A stretch of DNA of 57,972 nucleotides, the filler included, from Dimargaris cristalligena (lineage: Eukaryota), in NCBI GenBank assembly GCA_003614675.1. It is 6 parts of 6 records of this genome, joined end to end, with 100 filler letters (N's around TTAATTAATTAA, not from the genome) between each part and the next. Parts side by side here need not be neighbours in the genome. Positions count along the whole stretch, not along the records: positions 29,118 to 38,690 come from ML003256.1; positions 38,791 to 48,348 come from ML003257.1; 4 more parts are not named here. One strand, written 5' to 3'. Below are positions 35,157 through 48,211 of this stretch, in pieces (position 1 is the first letter of the stretch; each line of letters begins with the position of its first letter). The notes beneath the pieces are model-generated. The model did no database searches. It worked only from the letters and a program-made list of their open reading frames with translations, and was not told where the DNA came from. Made by a program: the position numbers and the translations under genes.

Positions 35157-38100
35157 GGTTAAAAAAGGGTTTTTAGGGACTGGAATACGTGAGTGGGCAG
35201 GTTTAGGCAGCAATATCGATAGATAAGTGCATGCGGCAATATTCGGCGGGGTAAGCCAGGAAACGAATATGGATTATATATATATATATATATATATGTC
35301 TCTATCTATTTTGATAGATAGATATGGGCGAGGTTGGGCGGAAGGGCCAAAAACGTGTCGTAATATAGAGTGCAGTACAAAAATTAACAGTGGAGGGGAG
35401 TGAAAGGCATGTGTATGCGATAGTATAATGGCCTCGGAGATAGAGGAACAAGAGACAGCGACAGTAATAAACAGAGAGAGAGAGGATAAGAAAGAAAGAA
35501 AGGGAGGGAGAGAAAGAAGGGTAAGGTAAGGGTATAGTATATGAAAGGTGGGGTGAACGGATATATAATTAGGTGGGTATGTATAGTAGAGTGAACAAGG
35601 TGAGGACAGAAAAAAGTCAAACCAGCCCAAGCGAGACAAGGAAGCAAGAGGGGCAAAGCGAGCACCGAAGGGTGAATGGTTGGTATTTATGGCCACCTGA
35701 GTGGGTTGGGTGTGTATGGGGGAGAAGAGGGGAGAAGGAAGAAAAGGGGGATGTGATGTTTGGACTGCTTAGTGGAAAAAGGGGGGGAGGAGAAGGAAAG
35801 AGAGGAAGGAAGGTTGGAGTGGGAAGGGTGGATATGGTGGTGTCAAAGTAGGTCCCTCGCAACTATACAGTCGACAAGGTGGAAGGGGCAGTTCAGGGAA
35901 GAGGGAATAAATTGGATGATACCGGAGGAGAATGCCAAATTGATAATAGTTAGCAATCGGGCTGGGAAAGAAGCTGGGAAGTATGCTGAATGATAGAACC
36001 GTTTATAATAGAGTTTATAGTGGCCCCCAAATGCAATGGGCAAGTAAACGGAGGAGGGATAAAAATGTCCGTAGAAGGAATATAAAGAATAAAGGGATAC
36101 ACCAGCAATATGGCGAGAATTCAAAGGGAACTGGATAGCGAAAGGACCGTATTTTAAATGAGTATGGCAGGGGAATACATGAGGTTAAATAAGGCTAGAG
36201 GTATGGAATGGGTCGATAATGAAGTAAAAAGGGGAGGGGGAGTTGATGGAAGGTATAATGGGAGGTAGAGGGTTAAGCACCGTAGAATGGCAGGGACGAA
36301 AAAAATATATTAGTAAAGTAATGGAATAGAGAGAAGGAAAGGAAAGGAAAGAAGGGACGAATAATTGAGCCTGTAGATGGATTTATAACCAAAAGCGAAG
36401 GGAAAGAAGAACGACGGGTGAATGAAAGAGCGAGAATAGGAAAAAAGGACAATGGGGGGGAGTATAAGAGGGAAAGAGAGGAAATATGGTAGTGGTGGTG
36501 GTATACTAATAACGAAAGTGGCAGTTAATGGTCAAGGTCAAAATTCGTGGAATACGCTGTTGCACAGCCAAATGGGTGTTTATCCCTCCTACAGATTCAG
36601 CAAATTGGATATATAGTCGGTAGGGGAGGCGAGAGGTAATCCAAAATATCAATTTTACGCAATGCCACTCAAATAATCACTGGCTGGGCTCGTAACTGCA
36701 CTTACTTGAGTCTTAACTAAAGCCGGAAAAACCAAGGAATGGGAAAGAATGGATGAGATATATAAAACAAGCGAGGGAGGGGAATGAACCCATAGCAAGA
36801 GGAAATATGGATAGATACACTAACACTAACTACCCTATATAGCGTAGAAAGTGTGCCCGAATATTTATCAGTAGAAAAATACGGATTGGGGAAGAATGAG
36901 GGCGGAACGGATACGCGGTAGGGGAGGCAGGTGGGGGGGGGGGGTTTAGATGCCTGGACCTGCGGTTTCACCGCCATTGAATGACTGAGGGAGGAACTCT
37001 AGTTTCGAGCGGGGGAGGAGGCATAGGCACTACCGCTGCATTGGGGGCAGAGCGCACTTAAATACGGCATTAAGGGAAAAGAGAGGGGGGAAGGTCCGGT
37101 ATGAAATATAGCAATTATGCGGCTAGACAAGAGCCAGAGTAGGCTGTTGGCCCCACTCGTCGTTATTCGTGGTATGGGTGGGGGGGTCACCGTATGGTAG
37201 CGAAGGAGTAGTAGGTATACCAGAAGGGGTGAACGTTCCTTTCCCTCCTCTCACTTTTCAGGTCGAAGGCAATACCCCCACCACCACCCCCACCATTCCC
37301 GGAATGAGGGAATGAGGGAGACCTGGGAATGGAGGACGGCTAGTTCCAAATATGTCAACTGATAGGGAAAAGGGGACACCGTGGCGTGGATGAACTCAAA
37401 CATTATCTAGGCTAGTGGTAGAGAATGCGTGTCGAATAAATAGACGGGGGCTATGGCGATAGGTATTCGGCTAAACTATAGAGGAATACGCACCAGCAGT
37501 ACCCGAGGGGGGGGAAGAGGCCCCCCCCACTAATCGGGGCAGCAATAGACAATGAACAACCGAACTTATCACGTCGGCATGGCGTTGGAATTGAGGGGTG
37601 GGGCATAGTGGAATAGAACGGACGATGCACATAAATAAGACCATAATCCCCTCTCTCCCCTTATTCCGCTGTGCTTGAACCTGCGTGACTAATATACCCC
37701 CGGGTGTGCAATATTCGGGTCACTCGCTGGAGCGACCTTCCCCCGATACCCCATATAGCCAATCCGATGATTGTTATATTCCACCTTCTTCATTTGGAGG
37801 GGGGGGGGGGGTACGGAGTGAGCCAAGCGCGGGGGTCCATGCGAACAAGATTGGGCGCATAAAAAATAGATTAATCGAGCGCAGAGCGGATCCTTAACTT
37901 TAGGGGCATTAGAGATCAAGAAGAGGGTCTCCTTTTCCCATCTTCACACTCGGCCATTCCGGCCTCCATTAGTAGTACTGATGGGGGCGATCCGTCAAGC
38001 TGATGAGGGGGACAGTGGGCAAGTCGCCGAATCCGAACCATACCAAATATGCGTGCGGCTCACTCCAAATCGAATGCCATGCATAACCGGAATGCACCTT

Positions 38101-38635
38101 ACCGATAATGGCGACAGTAAAGTAGTGGCAAAGTGGGGAAGGGGACAGTGGCTAAGGGGGTTCGTACGCGGTGGCGATAGTCCCTTGAGCCCCGTCGGGG
38201 TTATGGTTCGTGGCATATACCATACGCGGGATATTCGGCATTCGGCCAGGTACAATCCATAGAAAATACCTAAATAGAAAGGGAAGGAAGACGAGAGCAA
38301 AACCGGGGAATGCGCATCCTTGACACCAAGGCTTTTTATCAGGCAATGCAGGCGATATTCGCTAAACCTGGCAGTTAAATAGGCGATGATGGGCATTGTT
38401 GGCTAAATGCTAAATGCTCCGTCGTGAACCGCGCATTCACTCACCAACTGCCAGGTGCAAGAGTATTATTGCCCTATGCATGCATAGACTAATAATCCCC
38501 CCCCCATCCCGCTGCCCATCTCAACTAACTTGGTGAGTAAATGCTACAGACCCTACGGCCGACCCTTCCCTTTGTATCCACACACCACTTCCTCCTATCG
38601 AGTGTTTCACAAGCCAGCTCATATGCGCCACCTTT

Positions 38636-38690
38636 CATATGGGAGTAGTTCAGCAAGGCTGTATAGCGAAAAATCCGTTTGATGAGGCAA
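38636..38690 (+). mobile_element. MITE family A, diverged left end at contig end
   Basis: CATATGGGAGTAGTTCAGCAAGGCTGTATAGCGAAAAATCC. Confidence 0.65.
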
Positions 38691-38790
38691 NNNNNNNNNN
38701 NNNNNNNNNNNNNNNNNNNNNNNNNNNNNNNNNNTTAATTAATTAANNNNNNNNNNNNNNNNNNNNNNNNNNNNNNNNNNNNNNNNNNNN
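38691..38790. other. Artificial contig linker
   Basis: N-TTAATTAATTAA-N, 100 nt. Confidence 0.97.
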
Positions 38791-39369
38791 AATCATTGGA
38801 TGAATAAAAATGGTTATACTCGTTGGTATAACAAAAACAAGGGTAAAAAAGGTATAAACGAACTTATAATAGGTTAAAGGAATGGCTGGTACTCGTTGAA
38901 AGAGTACAGCAAGGGTATAAATGTAATACTCGGGAAAATTATCCAATCAACAATAAATATATAGACGTTGTATAACAATAACAACTATAAAAAGGGAATA
39001 CTTAGGCTAGCAGCGCCAATTCCTTGACTAATCACCTAAATATGGATGGTGGTTTCAATAAAAAGGGTAAAAATAAATAGGGCAATGCCCAATACTACTA
39101 TAGCCGTTTGGCTATATCACAACATTTTTGATTTTATAATAATTGTTTAAAAGCACTAATATTTTAAAGAAAAGCAGTAAATATTTGGGAACTCAGATGT
39201 AAAGAATTTATTAGGAAAAACAAGGAAATCGATACAGGTTACTAAATCCAGAAAGGTGAAAAGTCACTGGTATTTATATGTCTGGGGACTAGCAACCCAT
39301 AGAGCTATTCTTTATTACAGTCAGAGATTTTTTATGTTTAGGATTGATATGCTTATTGAACATTGGGGA

Positions 39370-39449
39370 TTTGCAGTAAATTGTGAGTTTGTGGTAAATT
39401 ACGAATTTGTAGTAAATTATGAACTGATGGTAAATGGCAATCTTGTGGT
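39370..39449. repeat. 18-bp imperfect tandem repeat, ~4.4 units
   Basis: TTTGCAGTAAATTGTGAG / TTTGTGGTAAATTACGAA / TTTGTAGTAAATTATGAA / CTGATGGTAAATGGCAAT. Confidence 0.75.
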
Positions 39450-40552
39450 TGCAATGATGAACCGGTAGTGGTATTAGCCAGAGATTTCATCATACCAAGA
39501 CATTTGTATAATATAATAAATCAGGGGCAACAGGGACATCATTAGAGGCAAGAGGGGCATTTATGAGGATAGAGTCTCGTTATCTGGGGACAACCTGGGC
39601 CTGGTGAGTGGTCGCGCCAAAGGTTATGCTTTTTGAGGAGGGGTTACACTACTTTCTATATATTTAAATGTCAATTCGAAAGTCAATCAATATCCGGTAG
39701 GTATTGTCATTGTATAGGCTTTTTTAACCTATTAAGACCATGCCTTAACCTAACTACTCCCCTGCTGAAGGCCCTAATGAATAGTGTTATATTCCTATAG
39801 TAACTATTGCTACCTAGCAACCCCTGTCACAACACTTCACCACTAATCTAAAGACTCCTATATTCCCATCAGAACCATCCATTTATAGTGGATACTACCT
39901 AGTAAGCACACTATTCCTATTGCCGAACACCTCCTTCTGGTTATGTCCCTACATATTAGTACCCCTTTGGATTGCTATAGTTTGTTTATTGTTTAGCTTA
40001 CACTTATGTAGTTTACTCCAACATATCCTTGTACACCAGCCCTCGGGCTAATACTTGTACTCTAAGCACTGACGTGTTGATGCTATGGAGCTGCTTCCTA
40101 CCCTTAAGTCCTGGCTGATATATAATACCCCATGACTATAATAGCCGGGTTCATCATAATTGCTGTACCCAAGGTTGGATTCTATGCTTGAAGTCAAAAA
40201 TGCATCAGCTGACCCGGCGGTATACATGCTTCTGTAATTCTAACAGGCTCTAGATAGGCTTGTGAATATTCCCCCTAACCTCCCTCTCACAGTCGGCCAC
40301 CACTACAACCAACCCTGACCTGTCCTGGCACTTGGCGAGTTCGACTGAGTGAATAAGAGGGGATGGGTGGGTGTGTCCCCCCATTCTAAAACAGTCACAA
40401 TGGGAATCATTGACTAGTCCATTTCGTTAATTGACTCATCTCCCCTCTTGTTCCTCGGACCATTTTTTATTCATCTGTGTGACGTCTCTTTCTTAAGGTC
40501 TACTTTATTCCTGATTAACCCCGCCCCCAGCTCGATTGAAATCCCGTTCAAC

Positions 40553-41346
40553 ATGTCCATTACGTCCCAACTCGGAAGAGCATTCCAGCGGACTGCGGCT
40601 CAACGCCATATCGCTACACGTCCCTTCCACACGACGCCAACCACCCGTTCTCTACCCGATAAGGTAAGTATACCTCTAATCGCGTAAACAGTTTCGCTGG
40701 CTACCTCGCCATTCGGGCTGTTCTGTTCACTAATGAATGGGCGATGGCGGGGTTTCGATTCCGCTTAACCATAGTCCGGCCCTCCTAAACGCATGGGTCT
40801 ACTTGGTAAGCTTTATAGGGTCACCAGTTCCTCGAAATAGGAATGATGGCATTCCCTCCTAACCGGTCCACATTCTCATTCCCTTCTCTATCTATTTAAC
40901 CAACACTTGCCCGAAATGATTCTCTTTAGAACTCGCCGCTCTGGAAACTGGGGCGTCTCAACCACGTGGCAATCGCCGTTCCCGAAATTGATCAATCGGC
41001 CGCCTTTTATCGCGACATCATGGGCGCCGATGTGAGCGAAAAAGTGGCCCTCCCTGAGCACGGTGTGTATACCGTTTTCGTGAACCTGGGTAATACCAAG
41101 CTCGAACTACTGCATCCGTATGGTGACAGCAGTCCCATTGCCAATTTCCTGGGAAAGAACAAGCAAGGGGGTATCCACCATATCTGTATTGAGGTGGATA
41201 ATATCAAAGCCGCCATTAAAGAATTGAGCGCCCGAAAGATCCGCCCTTTGAGCCCAGAGCCTAAAATCGGAGCCCACAATAAACCCGTTGTGTTCCTTCA
41301 CCCGAAAGACTGTGGTGGAGTATTGGTGGAACTCGAGGAATCCTAA
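40553..41346 (+). CDS. MCEE: Methylmalonyl-CoA epimerase, mitochondrial
   Basis: Exons 40553-40663 (Arg/Thr-rich presequence) and 40930-41346. WKLGRLNHVAIAVP, LPEHGV, NLGNTKLELLHP, GGIHHICIEVD, KIGAHNKPVVFLHPKDCGGVLVELE. Confidence 0.95.
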
Positions 41347-41964
41347 AGACGGGTCCATTGAATGCGCCCTCTTTCATGGTTTGTCGCAAGAGGGGTATTC
41401 CTCGTTATCCCCCTCGCCATATGCCGGACTGTACAGTCTCTTCTGTCGGACACTCGACCTCTACTAATATCATAGTTGTATCTCATAGTAATTATAATAA
41501 ACCACCTAGTTCTACTCTGAACTAGCGAATTCCGCCGGGTTGGTCACTATAATTTAAACAGCCAGGGCGCTATTCGCCGAGACCCATGTTGGTAATGATC
41601 TTACCGATCGATTACAGCCGTTAGGTCAAATGGTAGGTGGGCTTTCGTGATTTTTGTATGGTTCTCTCGTGGAATATTCTAGCGCGGTATCACTCGGGGT
41701 GTATTCGATTGGACTAGCAGGATACAAAGATAGACACGGGTTGGCTACATCCACAGGAACCTGAGAACCTGAGCTAGAGGGGATTATGCTCCCATTCATA
41801 CACTAATCGCCGTAAATTAACCCTTGAATACACCACAGAGCAAGGTGACCCAAAGGACACTCTTTTCAGCCATGTAACGTCTCATTAAACAGCATTTCTT
41901 GGAATGAATCAAAGAGTCGAATTTGTCCCGGATTAATATACAAATAGGTCAGTTTATTATATCG

Positions 41965-43305
41965 TTAAGGCCGGTCATCATCACTGCCACTATCTGAGGA
42001 ATTATGGAAATTGCTCCACCGTGACTGGGCCGGAGGTGCAGGGTTACTTGAAGCTGGAACAGACGATGCAGTTTCTATTAGCGGCGATACCATCTGGTTT
42101 AGTGCTGTCTGAGAGCCCGGCCTTGATCCGGGGCTGTGCGAGGGCTGACTGGGGTACCCTGAGAAGGCATTGTCACTAGAGCTGTTTACGAATGACGACG
42201 GTACGCTGGCTACAGAATCGCCTGATATCCCGATCCTCTGGTGGTACAATGGTATAGCCGGCGGGCGTTCCGGAGATATCCTGGCTCGATATTTATTCAT
42301 GCTTCGAAGAGATGCAATCAGGCTCGAGCGGGAGGTTGGCATTACATGCGGGGGCGTGCCGGACACCCTCGTCACCAGCTCGGTTGGGATCCCATTCGAC
42401 GGGACGGTGGTTATTGGAGAGGGCGAAGTCGTAGGAAGAGTTACGGGGGTCACCGGGGATAACAGTGGCGGCAACTTCGGTTCCGCTTTCATGGGCAACT
42501 CCTTAGTAATCGCCGGCCTTGCCAAAAAGGCGGCCATGGTGGTTTGTTTTAATTTATCATCACTGGGTTTCTTAAGTCTCGATCTCGATTTGATCACCCC
42601 TGTACCACCACCACGCCCGGAGAAGGAGGAGGCTGTTGGAGGTGTCGGGGATGTCTTTTTAGATGCCGGAGGGGAATTCGGTTTTGGCGAGGGCTGTCGC
42701 CGCCTGGATCGGGGTATAGCCCCAGAAGTACCCGAATGAATCTCAGAGTCAGCGATTTCGCTTTTCCGTTTGCCTGCCTGGGGCTTGGGCCGGCCCGACC
42801 GAGAGTTCGAAGGTTGGTTTAGTAGAGTAGACACGCTAGTACAATCGTCTTCGTCCGATCCAGATAGATCATCAGCGATATTAACGAATGTGGCCCATTT
42901 TGAATCAGCCGATTGGGTAAGAGGGGCGGCGGGTGGAATGGTTGAGCTGGCTAGAGGTAACGCTACTCTAGCATCACCCCCATGTATCCGTTTACCGCCG
43001 CTGTCGGCCCCGGTTGGTGGAGTTGTATTTGGCTTAGAATTATCGCCGGATATTACAGTGGCCGCAGCTACCAGACCCGATGGTGGTGGGTGAGGTGAAC
43101 TAGTGGGGTGGTCGCCTCGGCGCATATTGAGGGTCTGCACCACCCGGCGACACTCGGCGGAATCCTCCGACTCGGCGTACACTCGCTTCAAACTTTGGCG
43201 CTGGTTACATATTTTACACTGCCACCGGTTGGCTTTTTTCGCCTGGTGGACCTGGAAAGCGCCACAGGGGGCATCGAAGCATCGCAGGACTCGGTACAGC
43301 GGCAT
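41965..43305 (-). CDS. MRNIP: MRN complex-interacting protein (MRNIP/C5orf45-like)
   Basis: N-terminal RVLRC..C..FQVHQ.KK...WQCKIC..RQS....Y....S.ECRRVVQ.LN domain, then a disordered tail with SKWATF and SRWSNF motifs. Confidence 0.85.
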   Translation of the reverse strand: MPLYRVLRCFDAPCGAFQVHQAKKANRWQCKICNQRQSLKRVYAESEDSAECRRVVQTLNMRRGDHPTSSPHPPPSGLVAAATVISGDNSKPNTTPPTGADSGGKRIHGGDARVALPLASSTIPPAAPLTQSADSKWATFVNIADDLSGSDEDDCTSVSTLLNQPSNSRSGRPKPQAGKRKSEIADSEIHSGTSGAIPRSRRRQPSPKPNSPPASKKTSPTPPTASSFSGRGGGTGVIKSRSRLKKPSDDKLKQTTMAAFLARPAITKELPMKAEPKLPPLLSPVTPVTLPTTSPSPITTVPSNGIPTELVTRVSGTPPHVMPTSRSSLIASLRSMNKYRARISPERPPAIPLYHQRIGISGDSVASVPSSFVNSSSDNAFSGYPSQPSHSPGSRPGSQTALNQMVSPLIETASSVPASSNPAPPAQSRWSNFHNSSDSGSDDDRP

Positions 43306-43807
43306 GGTGCAAAGCGGAGAGCTGGTGCATGTGGTTTAGTGCGATGTGGGGATCCAATGGAAAAACAAAGATAGTAGGTTAGAGTGCTCCAGTCAAAATA
43401 CAGGAAAAATCAGCAATGCGACCATTGGAATAGGCTGAGCAAAATAGGAGGGGCAGTTTGAAGAAAATACTTGGCCCAGCAAAGAGGAATAAGAGCCGAT
43501 AAGGCTGACTAGGAACTTTACTATAGTAAAACAACCCTTCTTAGGTGGCGGAATAGTTCGGAGCTCAAATTCACACCGCGACGGGAAAGGCCGTTTGCTG
43601 CAATAAGGGGAACTTTGCCCTGACAGGGTGGTATTTCCCAAACCCTACACAAGTCCAATGGCGGCTTTGGACTCCCCCTCTTCCCCCCTCCTTCCTTGAC
43701 CCTTTTCCTTCCTCCCAGTCACCCGGTTCCATTACCACTTTATTCCGCTCTTCACTTCCGTTCCCCACCACTCGCCGCCCCTCCCTTTTTGAACCCAAAC
43801 CTGGTCC

Positions 43808-45576
43808 ATGTCGTTAACTACGTTTCTGCAGGAAGACGACCGCCCCCCGGTGCAGACATGGACTCTAGCTTACTTTGACAACCTGCTGCGCCCCATCGGT
43901 GACGATTTGTCCGATTCGGCTGGTTTGACCCAACAACGCACCCAGCTCGGCTTATTCGTTGACGTGTTGCGGGCCAGTGGCCCCGACTCGGCCTTGGAAA
44001 TACAGGTCCTTGAGTTGCTCCTACAGAAACTTCAGCCGCGTGCTCTATCATTTGAGGAAGTGGTAAGTCCGCTAAACTAAACTTCGTTTGAAATACGGCC
44101 CTCTCCCCCCGGGGTAAGCCTAGACACCAACTGTTGTACCATTCAATACATCCTTCGAATATGCCTATGCCAATAATGTGGGGGTGGGGAACCTAGCTTA
44201 CAACTTGTTGGCCAATGTCTGTTGTTATATCCCGGTCCGTCAACTGAGCCGTTTGCTTGAATTTATAATGCTTAATGTACCCCACCACCCCCGTATCCGC
44301 TACCCAGGTTGTATCTGCACGAGAGCGGCTAGCCGATCTATACGAATCGACGGGGCAATGGATACCGGCCGCACGGGCTCTTCAAGGGATTCCCCTAGAC
44401 AGCGCCCACCGCCCCAATTCGAACACCTATAAACTGGCCGTCTATATCCGCCAAGCTCGCTTGTTCTTGGCGGCCCATGACCCGCTCTCCGCCGAATTGG
44501 GGCTCAACCGGGCGGCCAGCCTAATCTACGACTGCGAGGGTCCGAATCAACTACTCCAGTTTAAGCTTGCCCAGGCCCGAGTGTTCGACAGTAAACACAA
44601 GTTCCTGGAGGCTCAGACCAAGTACTATGACGCCAGCCTTGCCACTCAGCTGTCGGAGGACGATCGTATGAGCGCTCTGTAAGTCCATACAAGATAGATA
44701 GATATATGTACCTTGTTTGATGTGTGAGACTCACTATTGATATCGCACGCCTTCAACGGTCGATTACTGGTTTATGGTAGATTGTCCGCGAGTTTTTTCT
44801 GTTTTTCATATTCGTGATATCCACCTTATAGTATTCGACCCTAACCAACCCTCCTCCTCTCTACCTTCTCGCCTTTAACTACTACTAGATCGCGGGCCAT
44901 GGTTTGCGCCATCATCGCCAGCACCGGGCCCCAGCGCACCCGAGCCTTGGCCCAGCTCTTTAAGGACGACCGTACGCGGACCTCGCCCCTCTTCCCTATG
45001 CTCGAAAAAATGTACCACGGTGGCCTGATCCAGAACACCGAGATTGTGGCCTTCCGCCACGCCCTGGCTGAGCTGGGTGGGGATAATAGGGCGGACTTAG
45101 CTGCAGCTCTGCCTTCCCCGTCTACTTCAGGCAGTCATAATTCAACCACCCGTACCAATACAAATCTGCCTTTGGGAAGTGGCCTTAAGAGCCGACTCGA
45201 AGGGGAGGTGGATCCCGCTGTGCTCAATCAAGCCATCTGGGAACATAACCTAATAGCGGCCTCCCAAATATACACGGACATGACCCTAGACCACTTGGCC
45301 CGTCTACTGGGGGACATTCCCGTCGAACAGGCCGAACATATGGTCAGTCGAATGATCACTCAAGACCGATTGCCGGCGGTCATTAACCGTACCGACCGAC
45401 TGGTACTCTTCCACCAACAGACGAATATAGATGATATTGCGGATGTATCGCTTCGTCGGTATGATGACCAGATACGGAACTGTTGTCTGCTGGTAGACAA
45501 GATTGCCGAAACCATTCAAACCAAATACCCGGAGTGCGATCCTAAATCATCGACCCCTAAACCCTGCAGTCTATAA
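43808..45576 (+). CDS. CSN4: COP9 signalosome subunit 4
   Basis: Exons 43808-44062, 44308-44678, 44889-45576. QPRALSFEEV, AARALQGIPLDS, GPQRTRALAQLFKDDR, LEKMY and PCI domain EHNLIAASQIY. Confidence 0.92.
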
Positions 45577-46052
45577 CTACCCTTCTAATTTCTAATGCAA
45601 TTTGGCAAAGCCGCTCAAGTAGCCATACAAGAATATTATTAATTAATAAAAGAAACCAGTTTCGCATTTTGCGCACCATAACGGCATTGCACTTGGATCG
45701 GGCTTTGATGTAAATGAAATACTAGCCTTCCATCGCCAACCTTATCACCAGTCCCCTGCTTTGCCAAAGGTCGATTTCGCCGCGCATGATGCGCTCGTTA
45801 GTACCAACACTGTTCTGGCTTCCCTGTGAAGTTCAATATAGTTTTTGCGTCCAGGATGTCGTCATTGTGTCCATTGCCTCCGTAGTCTACTCCCTAAATA
45901 GTCCACCAACCACCCCCTCCTACATACCATTGCCTTCTTTCTCTCCTGTTTTCTATCCGAACTTAACCTTACCACTCCCCACTTATCGACCGGACCCACA
46001 CCCCTTCACTTAGCCATTCCCATTTGTTCAGCCGGTCAGTTATCTGTTCAGC

Positions 46053-47642
46053 ATGGCTCTGTTTCTACCTCGGTCTACGTGTCGCATTCCCCGGACTGCC
46101 ATGTGCACATTCGCCACATTCAGCACCACCACCGCAGCAACCAAAGTCGTCCTTTTCGGTGGGCTTGGGTTTCTTGGTAAATACGTGACCCAGAGACTCG
46201 TCCAGGACCCAACGAAGCCGGTGCAGGTCCAGGCGGTTTGTCGTCACCCGCGCCCCGCACTCGAAGCTGAGTACCAGCATTGGGTGAAGGAAGCCGGGCT
46301 GGGAGGGAACGAAGGCTCCACCATTCGCTCGTTTGCCTCTGTAGATATTACCGATGCAGAACAAGTCCAACAGGCTTGTCAAGGGGCGGCTCTGATTATT
46401 AACTTGGTGGGCATCATGCACGAGTCGCCACCGCGGTATACCTTTGATTCGGTTCAGCACCAAGGGGCCCGAAACGTGGCGCAAGGGGCGTGGCAGGCCG
46501 GTGCTCGATTGGTACATGTCAGTGCCATCGGCGCTGACCCGCACTCTACCATTCCTTACCCACGCACCAAAGGTAACTCTTCCCTTCCCCTTCCCCCTCT
46601 TCTGACCAACAATCAGGGATAATTAAACCACCCAGCTGGTTGGATATCCCAGTGCAAACCAAGGCTACTGTGGATCAACTATGTCTAACACCGGACCAGA
46701 TTGGTATTAATCCAGATGTACTGAATTGTGGATTGTCTACTTGGCCAATTACGGGCGACCAAAGGTCTTGGTGAACTGGCCGTTAGAGATGCCCATCCCA
46801 AAGCCGTCATTTTTCGACCCAGCATCGTATTTGGCAAGGAGGACGACTTCTTCAATGTAAGTGCTCTTTGTGCTGGCTTTCTAAAATCCGATCGGTATTA
46901 TATCTTCCAATGAAATGACATACAACACAAGGGAGCTCTAACCACCCTACTATGCTCACGTCGCTCCTCATTAGCGATTTGCGCGACTCGCACGTTTCCT
47001 ACCGGTTATGCCGGTGTTCGGAGGCGGTCACACTAAATTCCAACCGGTCTACGTTAATGACCTAGCGGCAGGGCTGTGCCGGGTGGCCTGGACTGACGAA
47101 TACAGCGGAAAAATAATCGAAGCCGGTGGGCCACGCGGTAAGTAGTAGAACCATCTGGTTTTTCTTTTTAATGATATATAGGATATGCACTTGATTAATC
47201 TGTCGGAATACTGTAGCTCTCTTGGATTAGAAGTCCATTATTTAGAAATTTATGAGTTAGAGGGCCTAGTTTGGCCATTGAATTTCTCGCGCGGAATCCG
47301 TTAACCCTCCCTAACTCTATTGCATAATATGGCTTCTGCACCCTTTTATTTTAAATAATATTAATAACAATAACAGTGTACAGCTACCGAGAAATCATGG
47401 AATTGACTCTAAAGGAATCAGGCCTACACCGCCCCATAGTTTCGCTCCCTTGGAGCGTTAGTGCTGCTCAGGCGTGGGTACTTGAAAAACTGCCGCCCAA
47501 TCTATTCACTTTGACCCAAGACCAGGTCAACCTTCTTAAAATCGACAATGTAGTGAATTCCCATGCCATGACACTGAGTGACTTGGGCATACCTTTAACC
47601 CCAGCTGAAGCTGTACTTCCAATTTGGATGGGGCATAGTTAA
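46053..47642 (+). CDS. NDUFA9-like atypical SDR (NAD(P)-binding), probably mitochondrial
   Basis: Exons 46053-46572, 46765-46856, 46975-47137, 47377-47642. VLFGGLGFLG, INLVGI, HVSAIGAD, YPRTK, FRPSIVFG.EDDFFN, KFQPVYV.D. Confidence 0.85.
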
Positions 47643-48211
47643 TCATTTCCCTCGTATCTAGGGTTAATCCGATAAAAGGGCCGCCAATTTCTGTGACAGC
47701 TTGCTTCTTTTGGATATTGGTATAAGACACCAACCCCGACGTTTATTTATACCCAACGAGTACAACCATGTACCCCCGCGCACAACAATTCAAGCGGCCA
47801 AACTGTCTTAATAAATTGTTCTCAAATCACCGACATTATACCGCTTCATATTCCCAAAGCATAGTCGACACTTTAAATATATTACCATGGGCATCATGTT
47901 CACAACTTACGACGGCAAACTCTGTGAGTTCTATCTCTACGCATCAACAGCGACTCAATAAATATTTACTCAAATAGTGGATTTATAATATCGGAGTGAG
48001 GCAAGATGGGGGACAGTGTATTTAATAGTGATTCAACTCCCCAAAACGCATTCACGAGTACAATGGTTGTGCGTACTTTTAGTCATATAAATCGAAGTAG
48101 GTTGGCGGTGCAGCCGGCAGTAGGAGATGTGCTCAACCACTTAGTATGGCGAGCTGTACCAACATGATCGGTACGCTATATGGCGGTTATCAATTTTCAC
48201 AATTGATTTAA

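Noticed and set aside
35270..36500. Purine-rich tract with (TA)n and several 80-140 aa ORFs
   Set aside because: Low-complexity leader or promoter of the SWIRM gene; the ORFs are compositional artefacts.
40664..40929. Hairpins in the MCEE intron as a possible cobalamin riboswitch
   Set aside because: Stems are present (TCGCCATTC/GAATGGGCGA; GCGG..CCGC), but there is no B12-box or conserved core.
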